Made by a program: the position numbers and the translations under genes
Notes under the pieces: generated by a model
What the model saw: only the letters and a program-made list of their open reading frames with translations
Database searches by the model: none
What the model was told of the DNA's origin: nothing
Shown here: in pieces, positions 12,419-21,535 of the stretch
Position numbering within the stretch: the first letter of the stretch is position 1
Layout of the letters: every line of letters starts with the position of its first letter
Assembly: GCF_023585785.1 (NCBI RefSeq)
Contig: NZ_CP097765.1
Coordinates: 330,001-362,000, forward strand
Source of the DNA: Blochmannia endosymbiont of Camponotus modoc
GTDB taxonomy: Bacteria > Pseudomonadota > Gammaproteobacteria > Enterobacterales > Enterobacteriaceae
DNA length: 32,000 bases
Direction of reading: 5' to 3'

Positions 12419-12494
12419 TGGTGCTGATAAGCAGATTCGAACTGCTGACCTCACCCTTACCAAGGGTGTGCTCTACCTTCTGAGCTATATCAGC
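12419..12494 (-). tRNA. thrT: tRNA-Thr (GGT), CCA encoded
   Basis: Reverse strand GCTGATATAGCTCAGAAGGTAGAGCACACCCTTGGTAAGGGTGAGGTCAGCAGTTCGAATCTGCTTATCAGCACCA folds as a cloverleaf, anticodon GGT. Confidence 0.96.
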
Positions 12495-12515
12495 ATAATT
12501 CAGTTATGTTATATA

Positions 12516-12587
12516 AGCGGACAGTGGGAATTGAACCCACATCATCAACTTGGAAGGTTGAGGTAATAACCATTATACGATGCCCAC
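12516..12587 (-). tRNA. glyT: tRNA-Gly (TCC)
   Basis: Reverse strand GTGGGCATCGTATAATGGTTATTACCTCAACCTTCCAAGTTGATGATGTGGGTTCAATTCCCACTGTCCGCT, anticodon TCC; acceptor closes with G-U pairs. Confidence 0.95.
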
Positions 12588-12663
12588 TATTACATAATAA
12601 AAAAATCTGTATTCTTGATATTACAAGAATATATTTGTATTTGTTGTTTATGTATAATCAAAA

Positions 12664-12745
12664 TGATGGGGGAAGGATTTGAACCTTCGAAGTCTACGAC
12701 GACAGATTTACAGTCTGCTCCCTTTAGCCACTCGGGAACCCCATC
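12664..12745 (-). tRNA. tyrU: tRNA-Tyr (GTA)
   Basis: Reverse strand GATGGGGTTCCCGAGTGGCTAAAGGGAGCAGACTGTAAATCTGTCG...GGTTCGAATCCTTCCCCCATCA; long variable arm, anticodon GTA. Confidence 0.96.
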
Positions 12746-12758
12746 AAAATATTGTAGA

Positions 12759-12831
12759 TGCCGGTAAAAGGATTCGAACCTTTGATCTACTGATTACAAA
12801 TCAGTTGCTCTTCCTATTGAGCTACACCGGC
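12759..12831 (-). tRNA. thrU: tRNA-Thr (TGT)
   Basis: Reverse strand GCCGGTGTAGCTCAATAGGAAGAGCAACTGATTTGTAATCAGTAGATCAAAGGTTCGAATCCTTTTACCGGCA; anticodon TGT. Confidence 0.96.
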
Positions 12832-13102
12832 ATCATTTTTAATGTCATTAAAAATAAAATTTGATTCTGTTTTTAGAAACACACGTTTTGAACAAACTTC
12901 ATTAAACTATTGTATTTGAGATAATAAAATTATTCAAAACATTTGTAAAAAATAAATCTATTTTAATAAAACTAAAATTATTAGTTATTTCGTGAGCTTT
13001 CATTATAATACATAATTATAATTAAATATTTTATTTTGATCAAGTATTTACATGAAATTTCATTCTATAAGATAAGCATTTATCTATGATAATAGAAATA
13101 AT

Positions 13103-14044
13103 ATGCTACATGTTTCGTCTGTTCCATTTTTAACTTTCAATCGCAAGGAATGGTCATCTCTTCGAGAGGAGATACCATCAACATTATCTCCAAGAGAAAT
13201 CCTAAATGTAAGAGGAATCAATGATAATCTTTCTATGAATGAAGTAATAGAAATTTATTTACCATTATCTAGATTACTTAATCTATATATTTGTTCACAT
13301 ATAAAACGACAAAATATTTTAGAGCAATTTTTAAGTATTCAAAGCCAACATATACCATATATTATTGGTATCGTTGGTGGTGTTGCTGCGGGGAAAAGCA
13401 CTACAGCTAGAGTTTTACAAGCACTGCTTAGTAGATGGACTGAACACCGTGTGGTGGAATTAGTAACAACCGATGGATTTTTGTATTCTAATAAAATATT
13501 AAAAAAACGACATTTAATGAAAAAAAAAGGTTTTCCGCAATCTTATGATATGACTAGTTTAATAAATTTTGTTTCCAAAGTTAAATCTGGAGTTCAATCA
13601 ATAACAATTCCTGTATATTCTCACATAATATATGACATTATTCCTAATGCTCAACAGGTAATTTATAAACCAGATGTTCTTATTTTGGAAGGATTAAACG
13701 TTTTACAAACTAATCAGGATTATCATTATAATTTACCTTGTGTTTTTGTATCTGATTTTATTGACTTTTCTATTTATGTTGATGCTCCAGAATATTTACT
13801 GCAAGAATGGTATATCGATAGATTTTTGAAATTTTGTTACACTACTTTTTCCTATCCTAATTCTTATTTTTATCGTTATACTCAATTATCTAAAAAAAAT
13901 ATAATCTCTATTGCTTCGCAATTATGGACTAAAATAAATAGACTGAATTTGCAAGAAAATATTTTACCTACTCGGGAACGCGCAAATTTAATTTTAAGAA
14001 AAGACGTGAATCATATAATAAACAATGTTCAACTAAGAAAATAA
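13103..14044 (+). CDS. coaA: Pantothenate kinase, type I
   Basis: 313 aa, [26 protein letters not shown] (P-loop), [29 protein letters not shown]. Confidence 0.97.
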   Translation: MLHVSSVPFLTFNRKEWSSLREEIPSTLSPREILNVRGINDNLSMNEVIEIYLPLSRLLNLYICSHIKRQNILEQFLSIQSQHIPYIIGIVGGVAAGKSTTARVLQALLSRWTEHRVVELVTTDGFLYSNKILKKRHLMKKKGFPQSYDMTSLINFVSKVKSGVQSITIPVYSHIIYDIIPNAQQVIYKPDVLILEGLNVLQTNQDYHYNLPCVFVSDFIDFSIYVDAPEYLLQEWYIDRFLKFCYTTFSYPNSYFYRYTQLSKKNIISIASQLWTKINRLNLQENILPTRERANLILRKDVNHIINNVQLRK

Positions 14045-14245
14045 CAACGATTATAAAAATAATAATTTTTACTCTTTATAGTTATCATGAGTATCCATTT
14101 TTTATTACTGAAACATTTGGACTTAATCATATTGTATTACAATAACTATGGGATTTATATTAATCAAACGATTATTGTTATAGTTAATATTGTATAGATT
14201 CAAAAGTATTTTAATATTAAAATATTTTGAATAAAAATTATATTT

Positions 14246-15070
14246 TTAAGATGCATAAACAGAAATATTATTTCCCGAGTAATAACATACTGAACTTGTT
14301 TGATCCACTATTAAGGCTCCATGTATATTTATTCCAAGAGCTGTGCCGCATATTGTACGATCCCCAACTAATAATGTGACTGGTTTATTATATAAGCAAT
14401 CAAAAACTTTCCAATATGTAATAAATGGAGTAAACCCAAAAAGCATAAAATCCTTTAATTTTTTACGTAATACATTAATAAGCGTGGCGACTAAAATATT
14501 GCGATCAATCATGATGCCAATATCCGTTAAATTAATCCAATTTTTACCAATTTTAGTATTTAATGTTGCATGCGTGCGTATAGACAAATTAATACCAATA
14601 CCTATTATTATATGAGTAATATTATCAGTTCTTGTTATAATTTCGATTAAAATTCCCGCTAATTTTCGTCCATGAATGTACAAATCATTAGGCCATTTAA
14701 TTTTAATCTGGGACACGCCTAAATTCTTTAATATTTTTGCCACAACAATACTTATCATTAAACTAAATTCAATCATCGTTGGAGGAATCTTATTCAATTT
14801 CCAATAAATAGATAAGCAAATACCTTCTCCAACAGGCGCCACCCAAATTTTATCGCGTCTTCCTCTTCCTTGTGTTTGGTGTTCTGTAACACAAGCATCA
14901 CCCGATTTTATATATGGAATGTTGTCTATTATATATTGGTTGGTTGAATTAACTCTATTTAACACAATTACCCTGCCTTCGGGTAATTGTGTTAAAATCT
15001 TAGATTCGTTTAAGAAAGGATGAAATACGGGAAAACCACAATTTTCATTATACCTTAACAAGGTTTTCAA
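14246..15070 (-). CDS. birA: Biotin--[acetyl-CoA-carboxylase] ligase, catalytic and C-terminal domains only
   Basis: 274 aa, NSTNQYI, GRGRRDKIW, KIKWPNDLYIHGRKLAGILIEI, IGIGINL. TTG start preceded by a GGAG Shine-Dalgarno. Confidence 0.95.
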   Translation of the reverse strand: MKTLLRYNENCGFPVFHPFLNESKILTQLPEGRVIVLNRVNSTNQYIIDNIPYIKSGDACVTEHQTQGRGRRDKIWVAPVGEGICLSIYWKLNKIPPTMIEFSLMISIVVAKILKNLGVSQIKIKWPNDLYIHGRKLAGILIEIITRTDNITHIIIGIGINLSIRTHATLNTKIGKNWINLTDIGIMIDRNILVATLINVLRKKLKDFMLFGFTPFITYWKVFDCLYNKPVTLLVGDRTICGTALGINIHGALIVDQTSSVCYYSGNNISVYAS

Positions 15071-15220
15071 ATCTCCAAAAAAAAAATAAATTGATATTTA
15101 TAGTTAATTCCATTAAATTCTACTACGCGAATGCATTTTTAATTCTATTTAAAGACAAAAATTACTAGAAATATATCTAATTTCAAATTTTTTAAATAAA
15201 ATACATATATCAATGATTTA

Positions 15221-16276
15221 CTACATGAATAATTTTTTTGGATTTATTTCTCCATAATTACCAATTAATCTAACTTCAGGTTGTAAATAAATATTAAATT
15301 TATCTGCAACCTTATTATATATGTAAAGAGCTAATGCTGCAATTTCAGTACCAGTAGCTATTTTTTTTCTATTAATTAATACTAATGCCTGTTTAGGATA
15401 TATTGCTGCTTCCCCAAAAACATAACCTTTTAGTTGACAATGTTCTATTAACCATCCTGCTGATAATTTTATTCTACCATCTTTTTGATAATAATAAGGC
15501 ATATTTGGATAAATTTGAAATAAGCAGCGTGCTGTTTTAATATCTATTATTGGATTTTTGAAAAAACTACCAGCATTTCCTACTAAAACAGGATCTGGTA
15601 ATTTTTTATGTCTAATTATGTAAATAAAGTTAAAAACTTGACGGGGTGTAATACGAAATTTGTCTAAATGAGCTAATTCATGATAATCTAATATAGGTTT
15701 CCACCTTTTACGTAATCTTAATCCTACAGACACAATAGCATATTTCTCCAAACAATTTCTAAAAATACTATCTCTATATTTGAAATTGCATTCAGAACAA
15801 GTGAAACGAATTTTTTTTCCACTACATAAGTCTATAGCATCTACGTACTCACATATTTGAGATAACTCAACTCCGTAAGCCCCAATATTTTGAATTGGAG
15901 CAGCCCCTACATACCCTGGAATACATGCTAAATTTTCTAGCCCCGGTATGTTTTTTTTGATAGTATGAACTACTAATTCGTCCCATTTTTCTCCAGCTCC
16001 AACATGTAGTTGCCATTCCGTTTTATTCTCTGTAATAAAAATGCCCTTTATCCTATTTAATAATATTGTTCCAGAATAGTTTTCTAAAAATAAAATATTA
16101 CTACCGCCTCCTAAAATAAGAACAGGTTTTCCTTTGCTATAAGCTTTCCTCCAAAACTTTAACAATGTATGTTCATGATGTGCTGTTACTATACTTTTAG
16201 AAAATGCGTTAACTGAAAAGGTATTTAATGATTTTAATTGAAAACGACGCTCCATACATTTATTTATTTTAAACAA
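15221..16276 (-). CDS. murB: UDP-N-acetylenolpyruvoylglucosamine reductase
   Basis: 351 aa, LGGGSNILFL, NIGAYGVEL, KYRDSIFR, GNAGSFFKNP, LQPEVRLIG. Confidence 0.96.
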   Translation of the reverse strand: MFKINKCMERRFQLKSLNTFSVNAFSKSIVTAHHEHTLLKFWRKAYSKGKPVLILGGGSNILFLENYSGTILLNRIKGIFITENKTEWQLHVGAGEKWDELVVHTIKKNIPGLENLACIPGYVGAAPIQNIGAYGVELSQICEYVDAIDLCSGKKIRFTCSECNFKYRDSIFRNCLEKYAIVSVGLRLRKRWKPILDYHELAHLDKFRITPRQVFNFIYIIRHKKLPDPVLVGNAGSFFKNPIIDIKTARCLFQIYPNMPYYYQKDGRIKLSAGWLIEHCQLKGYVFGEAAIYPKQALVLINRKKIATGTEIAALALYIYNKVADKFNIYLQPEVRLIGNYGEINPKKLFM

Positions 16277-16587
16277 AGATATTAAATATATTATTTTTTA
16301 TAATAATTATTGAATTTTATTCACACATCGATCCATAATTCCAATGATACATAGAATATAATTGTATTATTTTAATTTTTGAGTTGCTATATAATCTTAG
16401 TTCTTATCTTTTTATGATTATAAAATAATTATTTAATTTATAGTTTGCAACATAAATTATAAATAAAGATATATACTATCTTATACGAAAACATGAAAAA
16501 ACATTATATATCAATAAATAATGTAGTTGCTTTATTAAAATTATTTAAAATTTCTTAAATAATTTCATGTTAGAAATTTTTAAAATT

Positions 16588-19164
16588 TCATTGGATAAAG
16601 ATAATTGTATTATTTACGACATCTAAAGTAATTTTTTTACCTGGCAGCAATTGCCCAGATATTATCTTTTGAGATAATGAATTTTCAATGTGTTGTTGTA
16701 TAGCGCGTTTTAATGGGCGTGCACCGTATACCGGATCAAATCCAATTTTTGATAAAAATACTAAGACTGCGTTAGTAATATTAGTATTCGGATATCCTTT
16801 TTCTTCTAAGCGATCACATAAGTGCTGTAGTTGAATACTAGCAATTTTCATAAGATGTTCAGTGCTAAGCGGATGAAACACTACTATTTCATCTACCCTA
16901 TTAACAAATTCTGGACGAAAATGTTGATTAACTATGTTTAATACTGTAACTTTAACTTCTTGATAATCTACAATGCCAAAATTTTTTTGAATGAAATCTG
17001 ACCCCAAATTGGATGTCATAATGATGACAGTGTTATTAAAATGTACCGTACGTCCATGCCCATCTGTTAAGCGTCCATCGTCTAAGACCTGTAATAATAC
17101 ATTAAAAATTTCTGAATGCGCTTTTTCTATTTCATCTAACAAAATAATAGAATATGGTCTACGACGTATTGATTCAGTCAAATATCCCCCTGATTCATAC
17201 CCAATATAACCAGGAGGAGCTCCTAACAATTTTGATACAGAATGTTTTTCCATAAATTCAGACATATCAATACGCACCATTGCATTATTGGTATTGAAAA
17301 GAAAGATAGACAATGCCTTACACAATTCAGTTTTTCCTACTCCAGTAGGCCCCAAAAACATAAATGAACCAATTGGACGTTTAAGATCTGATAATCCAGA
17401 ACGACTCCGACGAATAGCATGAGATATTGCCTTTACTGCTTCGTGTTGCCCAACAACTAATTGATGCAAAGCATGTTCCATATCTAATAATTTATCTTTT
17501 TCACTTGCTAACATGCGAGACACAGGAATACCAGTCCAACGAGATAATACTGCGGCAATTTCTATATCAGTAACACAATTTCGTAAAAGACGTATTTTTT
17601 TATTATTAGATTGCAAGATTGTAGATAATTTTTTTTCTAATTCTGGAATCTTCCCATATTGTAATTCAGACATACGAGCTAAATCACCAATACGGCGTGC
17701 TTGGTCAATAGCAATTTTTGCTTGTTCTAAATCAGATTTAATACTTTGAGTGTTAGATAAAGAAACTTTTTCTTTTTTCCATTCTTTTTCAAGATTAATA
17801 TAATCTTGTTCTTTCTGAATTAATTCAGTAGTTAAGAGATTTAATCTTTTCATGCTAGCATCATCTGATTCTTTTTTTAATGCTTGTTGTTCTAATTTCA
17901 ATTGTATAATACGCCGTTCTAATCTATCTAATTCTTCTGGTTTAGAATCTATTTGTATGCGAATGCTAGAAGCAGCTTCATCAATCAAATCAATGGCTTT
18001 ATCAGGTAACTGACGATCAGAAATATATCGATGTGACAAAATTGCAGCAGCCACTATTGCTGGATCAGTAATATGAACATTGTGATGTAATTCATAACGT
18101 TCTTTTAACCCACGAAGAATAGCTATAGTATCTTCAACGCTAGGCTCAGAAACGAATATTTTTTGAAAACGTCTTTCTAAAGCTGCATCTTTTTCAATAT
18201 ATTTACTATATTCATCAAGTGTAGTTGCTCCTACGCAATGTAACTCACCTCTAGCTAGTCTTGGTTTCAGCATATTACTTGCATCCATTGCTCCATCAGT
18301 TTTACCCGCTCCAACCATAGTATGTAATTCATCAATGAATAAAATGATATTACTATCTTCTTTAGATACATCATTTAATACGCTTTTTAAACGCTCTTCA
18401 AACTCTCCTCTATACTTTGTTCCCGCTAATAGTCCTCCCATATCTAAAGCTAATATGCGACTATGTTTCAGCCCTTCCGGAACTTCACCATTAATAATAC
18501 GTTGCGCTAATCCTTCCACAATAGCAGTCTTTCCTACTCCAGGTTGTCCGATAAGAACAGGATTATTTTTGGTACGTCTCTGTAACACCTGAATAGTACG
18601 ACGAATTTCTTCATCTCGACCAATAACAGGATCAAGATTACCTTGTTCTGCAAATTTAGTTATATCTACAGTAAATTTTTGCAACGATTGACGTTGAGAT
18701 TCTGCTTGTTGATTATCAACTGAGTGATTATCGCGTATATAGTTTGTTGATTTTTTTATATTTTCTGGAGATACCCCAGATTTTTTTAATAAATTATTTA
18801 ATGTTCCATGAGATTCAATGGCTGCTAAAACGAACATTTCTGATGCAATAAAAGTATCATTGCGTTTTTGTGCTAATTTATCACATAAATTTAATATTCT
18901 AATTAAATCATGAGAACATTGAATATCTCCACCAATACCTTCTACCTTTGGCATACGATCGCATGTCTCTTCAACTAATATAGTGAACTGAGACATATTA
19001 AATCCAGCACGCTCCAGTATTTGATATACTGATCCATTTTTTTCTTTTAAGAAAGCGAGCATCACATGAATGGGTTCAACAAACTGATTATCTTTTCTAA
19101 GTGCTATAGATTGAGCATCAGAAATAGCTAATTGAAAGTCATGAGTAAAACGATCCAACCGCAT
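16588..19164 (-). CDS. clpB: ATP-dependent disaggregase ClpB (canonical start [10 protein letters not shown], internal to tracked ORF ending 19200)
   Basis: Two AAA modules ([27 protein letters not shown]), middle coiled-coil, [14 protein letters not shown]-terminus. Confidence 0.98.
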   Translation of the reverse strand: MRLDRFTHDFQLAISDAQSIALRKDNQFVEPIHVMLAFLKEKNGSVYQILERAGFNMSQFTILVEETCDRMPKVEGIGGDIQCSHDLIRILNLCDKLAQKRNDTFIASEMFVLAAIESHGTLNNLLKKSGVSPENIKKSTNYIRDNHSVDNQQAESQRQSLQKFTVDITKFAEQGNLDPVIGRDEEIRRTIQVLQRRTKNNPVLIGQPGVGKTAIVEGLAQRIINGEVPEGLKHSRILALDMGGLLAGTKYRGEFEERLKSVLNDVSKEDSNIILFIDELHTMVGAGKTDGAMDASNMLKPRLARGELHCVGATTLDEYSKYIEKDAALERRFQKIFVSEPSVEDTIAILRGLKERYELHHNVHITDPAIVAAAILSHRYISDRQLPDKAIDLIDEAASSIRIQIDSKPEELDRLERRIIQLKLEQQALKKESDDASMKRLNLLTTELIQKEQDYINLEKEWKKEKVSLSNTQSIKSDLEQAKIAIDQARRIGDLARMSELQYGKIPELEKKLSTILQSNNKKIRLLRNCVTDIEIAAVLSRWTGIPVSRMLASEKDKLLDMEHALHQLVVGQHEAVKAISHAIRRSRSGLSDLKRPIGSFMFLGPTGVGKTELCKALSIFLFNTNNAMVRIDMSEFMEKHSVSKLLGAPPGYIGYESGGYLTESIRRRPYSIILLDEIEKAHSEIFNVLLQVLDDGRLTDGHGRTVHFNNTVIIMTSNLGSDFIQKNFGIVDYQEVKVTVLNIVNQHFRPEFVNRVDEIVVFHPLSTEHLMKIASIQLQHLCDRLEEKGYPNTNITNAVLVFLSKIGFDPVYGARPLKRAIQQHIENSLSQKIISGQLLPGKKITLDVVNNTIIFIQ

Positions 19165-19232
19165 AATATTCATTTTCCTCTTGTAATGATATAAAAACAA
19201 CTAAATACCTGTAGTCGAATATATATCTATTG

Positions 19233-19261
19233 ATATGGCGATTAAGTACTTAAAATTCAAG
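19233..19261 (-). promoter_or_regulatory. Putative sigma-32 heat-shock promoter of clpB
   Basis: Reverse strand CTTGAAT-(14 nt)-CGCCATAT versus consensus CTTGAAA-(11-16)-CCCCATNT; about 70 nt upstream of the clpB start. Confidence 0.65.
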
Positions 19262-19449
19262 CATCTAAACTATTGGAATAAAAGTATATTTTTATTCGCC
19301 TAAAAATCAATACAACCATAAATTTGTAAATATATATATTTCATTACAGTGAGCTTATGATGTAATTTTCACGTGAAAAATTATAAGTTCGTGACTATAT
19401 TCAGTAACGATTGTACACAAAAAATCCCCCATCATCAGCATAAATAATG

Positions 19450-20427
19450 CTATTTAACATGTCTTTCATTTTTTCTTAATATATTTATTAATTTTATAAT
19501 ATCCTTCGGTAAAGGTACATCCCATTTCATTTTTATTCTAGTAATAGGATGACATAATTGCAATGTAGTTGCGTGTAATGCTTGGCGATTTAAAACATGT
19601 AAACAGTCATTGACTGCATCAGATACACCTTTAATGAAATAAGTTGATTTTCCGTATTTATGATCTCCTAACAATGGATGATTAATGTAAGCCATATGTA
19701 CACGAATTTGATGAGTTCTTCCAGTTTCAAGACGTACACGAATTCTAGTGTACATACTAAATGATTCTGTGATAGAATAATGGGTTATGGCCGGTTTTCC
19801 CATAGGATTAACTGTCATGCGAGTACGATGAACAGCATGTCTTCGAATGGGTTGATTGATTGTCCCTTCATTATGTAAAAAATTCCCGAGAACTACCGCG
19901 TCATATTCCCTAATAATTTTTCTTTTTTTGAACAATCGTAACAAACTATGATATGCAATCATGTTTTTAGCGACGACCATTAAACCAGTAGTATCCTTAT
20001 CTAACCGTTGAACAATACCTGATTGAAATACTTCTGTAATAGCTGGATATTTATATAACAAAGCATTTAGTATAGTACCTGAATGGTTGCCGGCGCCAGG
20101 ATGAACTACCATATTTTTTGCTTTATTTATTACTACAATATCATCGTCTTCATATACAATATCAAGAGGGATATCTTGAGGAACTATACTATTATTATCG
20201 ATATTAACAATATCTTTTATTTCAACGAATTCACCGCCCATCATTTTTTTTTTAGGTATAATAACCGTTTGATTATTAACATTTACTTTTTTAGAAAGGA
20301 TCCAACATTTTATTTTAGAACGTGAATAATTTGGCAATAATTCAGAAAGAACACAATCTAATCGTTTTCCAGATTGAGATGCCTGCACAATCATAGGTTT
20401 TATAATATAAGATTCAGGTGTTATCAT
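19450..20427 (-). CDS. rluD: 23S rRNA pseudouridine(1911/1915/1917) synthase (tracked ORF extends to 20478; the true start could also be at 20394)
   Basis: S4-like domain then GIVQRLDKDTTGLMVVAKN, HQIRVHMAYINHPLLGDHKYG. Confidence 0.94.
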   Translation of the reverse strand: MITPESYIIKPMIVQASQSGKRLDCVLSELLPNYSRSKIKCWILSKKVNVNNQTVIIPKKKMMGGEFVEIKDIVNIDNNSIVPQDIPLDIVYEDDDIVVINKAKNMVVHPGAGNHSGTILNALLYKYPAITEVFQSGIVQRLDKDTTGLMVVAKNMIAYHSLLRLFKKRKIIREYDAVVLGNFLHNEGTINQPIRRHAVHRTRMTVNPMGKPAITHYSITESFSMYTRIRVRLETGRTHQIRVHMAYINHPLLGDHKYGKSTYFIKGVSDAVNDCLHVLNRQALHATTLQLCHPITRIKMKWDVPLPKDIIKLINILRKNERHVK

Positions 20428-20553
20428 ATTGATATGCGGTTGAATACTAAATTCAACCAAACTGTTGTATGGGTACATTCATTTAAATAAACGTACATGC
20501 ATATTGTTTTCTAATGTTTATGTACTACTAGGGAGTATTAATTAAAAAGTTTT

Positions 20554-21297
20554 ATGAAACGTATTCAATACTATATAACGACAATATTAATTATTAGTAT
20601 CATTATGATTTCTTATACCTCTGCTTCTGTTAACATTTTAAATGATGCTACTTATAATCTTTACAAATCCGCTCAAAACAAATTATATAACGCTGATTAT
20701 AAAGAAGCTACACAGGATTTGATAAATTTACTAAATTTATATTTATTAGACCCTTGTCCGCAACAAATTTATTTAGACTTAATTTATGCTTATTACAAAT
20801 TAAACGATTTAAAATCCGCAAATAATTATATAAAACATTTTTTTAAATTATACCCTAATCATAAACATTTTGATTATGTATTATACATGCATGGCGTAAT
20901 CAACATGTGCTTAGATGAAGATAATAAAAAATTAATAAAACATTTAAATATAAATTGGTTTGATCGTAATCCCATGTATGCATGCATAGCATTCCATACC
21001 TTTGTAAAACTTATACGCCAATATCCAGATAGTCAATATTCTGTAGATGCTTACAAACGTTTAATTTTTTTAAAAAATAGAATAGCTGAATATGAACTTT
21101 CTATTGTGAAATTTTATTCTAAAAAACATGCTTATATATCAGTAATAGCTCGTGCAAAAAAAATGTTATATCACTTTCCAGATACTCAAGCAACCCGTAA
21201 AGCACTGTATTATATGCAGCAAGCATATCAAAATATACATTTGCCAGATCAAGCTAACAAAGTAGCAAAAATCATTGCTGCTAATCCAGTATATTAA
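20554..21297 (+). CDS. bamD: Outer membrane assembly protein BamD-like, without lipobox cysteine
   Basis: 247 aa, QIYLDLIYAYYKLNDLKSA, HFDYVLYMHGVINM, QYSVDAYKRLIFLKNRIAEYE, DTQATRKALYYM, KVAKIIAANP; between rluD and pheA as in E. coli. Confidence 0.92.
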   Translation: MKRIQYYITTILIISIIMISYTSASVNILNDATYNLYKSAQNKLYNADYKEATQDLINLLNLYLLDPCPQQIYLDLIYAYYKLNDLKSANNYIKHFFKLYPNHKHFDYVLYMHGVINMCLDEDNKKLIKHLNINWFDRNPMYACIAFHTFVKLIRQYPDSQYSVDAYKRLIFLKNRIAEYELSIVKFYSKKHAYISVIARAKKMLYHFPDTQATRKALYYMQQAYQNIHLPDQANKVAKIIAANPVY

Positions 21298-21300
21298 ATA

Positions 21301-21318
21301 TATACTTTTATAAGTATA
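21301..21318 (+). terminator. AT-only perfect hairpin just after bamD (weak terminator or 3' end stabiliser)
   Basis: TATACTT-TTAT-AAGTATA, 7 bp stem directly downstream of the bamD stop; no GC core. Confidence 0.3.
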
Positions 21319-21535
21319 ATATCTATATCTATATCTATTTTTGTAGATACCATATGATTGATACAATGTTTAAAATATGTATTAATTAAATTAATAATAT
21401 AATATAAATAAGGAATATGATATTCATTTATATAAATAAATATCAATTTATAATGATACTGCTGATACTACGGCAACCGCAATTATCTAAAAATATTAGA
21501 TTTGAATATTAAATATTACGGTAATAATTTTTGTT

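Noticed and set aside
12679-12864. 61 aa plus-strand ORF (MNLRSLRRQIYSLLPLATREPHQNIVDAG...)
   Set aside because: Spans the antisense of tRNA-Tyr and tRNA-Thr(TGT); the familiar-looking residues come from translating tRNA sequence.
16991-18592. Plus-strand ORFs opposite clpB (16991..17209, 17513..17749, 18335..18592)
   Set aside because: Antisense to a strongly conserved gene, no motif, no independent start signal.
21301-21345. Short tandem ATCTAT/ATATCT repeats after bamD, considered as CRISPR or iteron
   Set aside because: Only a few 6-nt units with no spacers; consistent with simple-sequence drift in AT-rich DNA.
21166-21366. 66 aa minus-strand ORF with IYRYRYRYYTYKSIY-like repeats
   Set aside because: Overlaps the bamD 3' end and a short ATCTAT repeat tract; composition is low-complexity.
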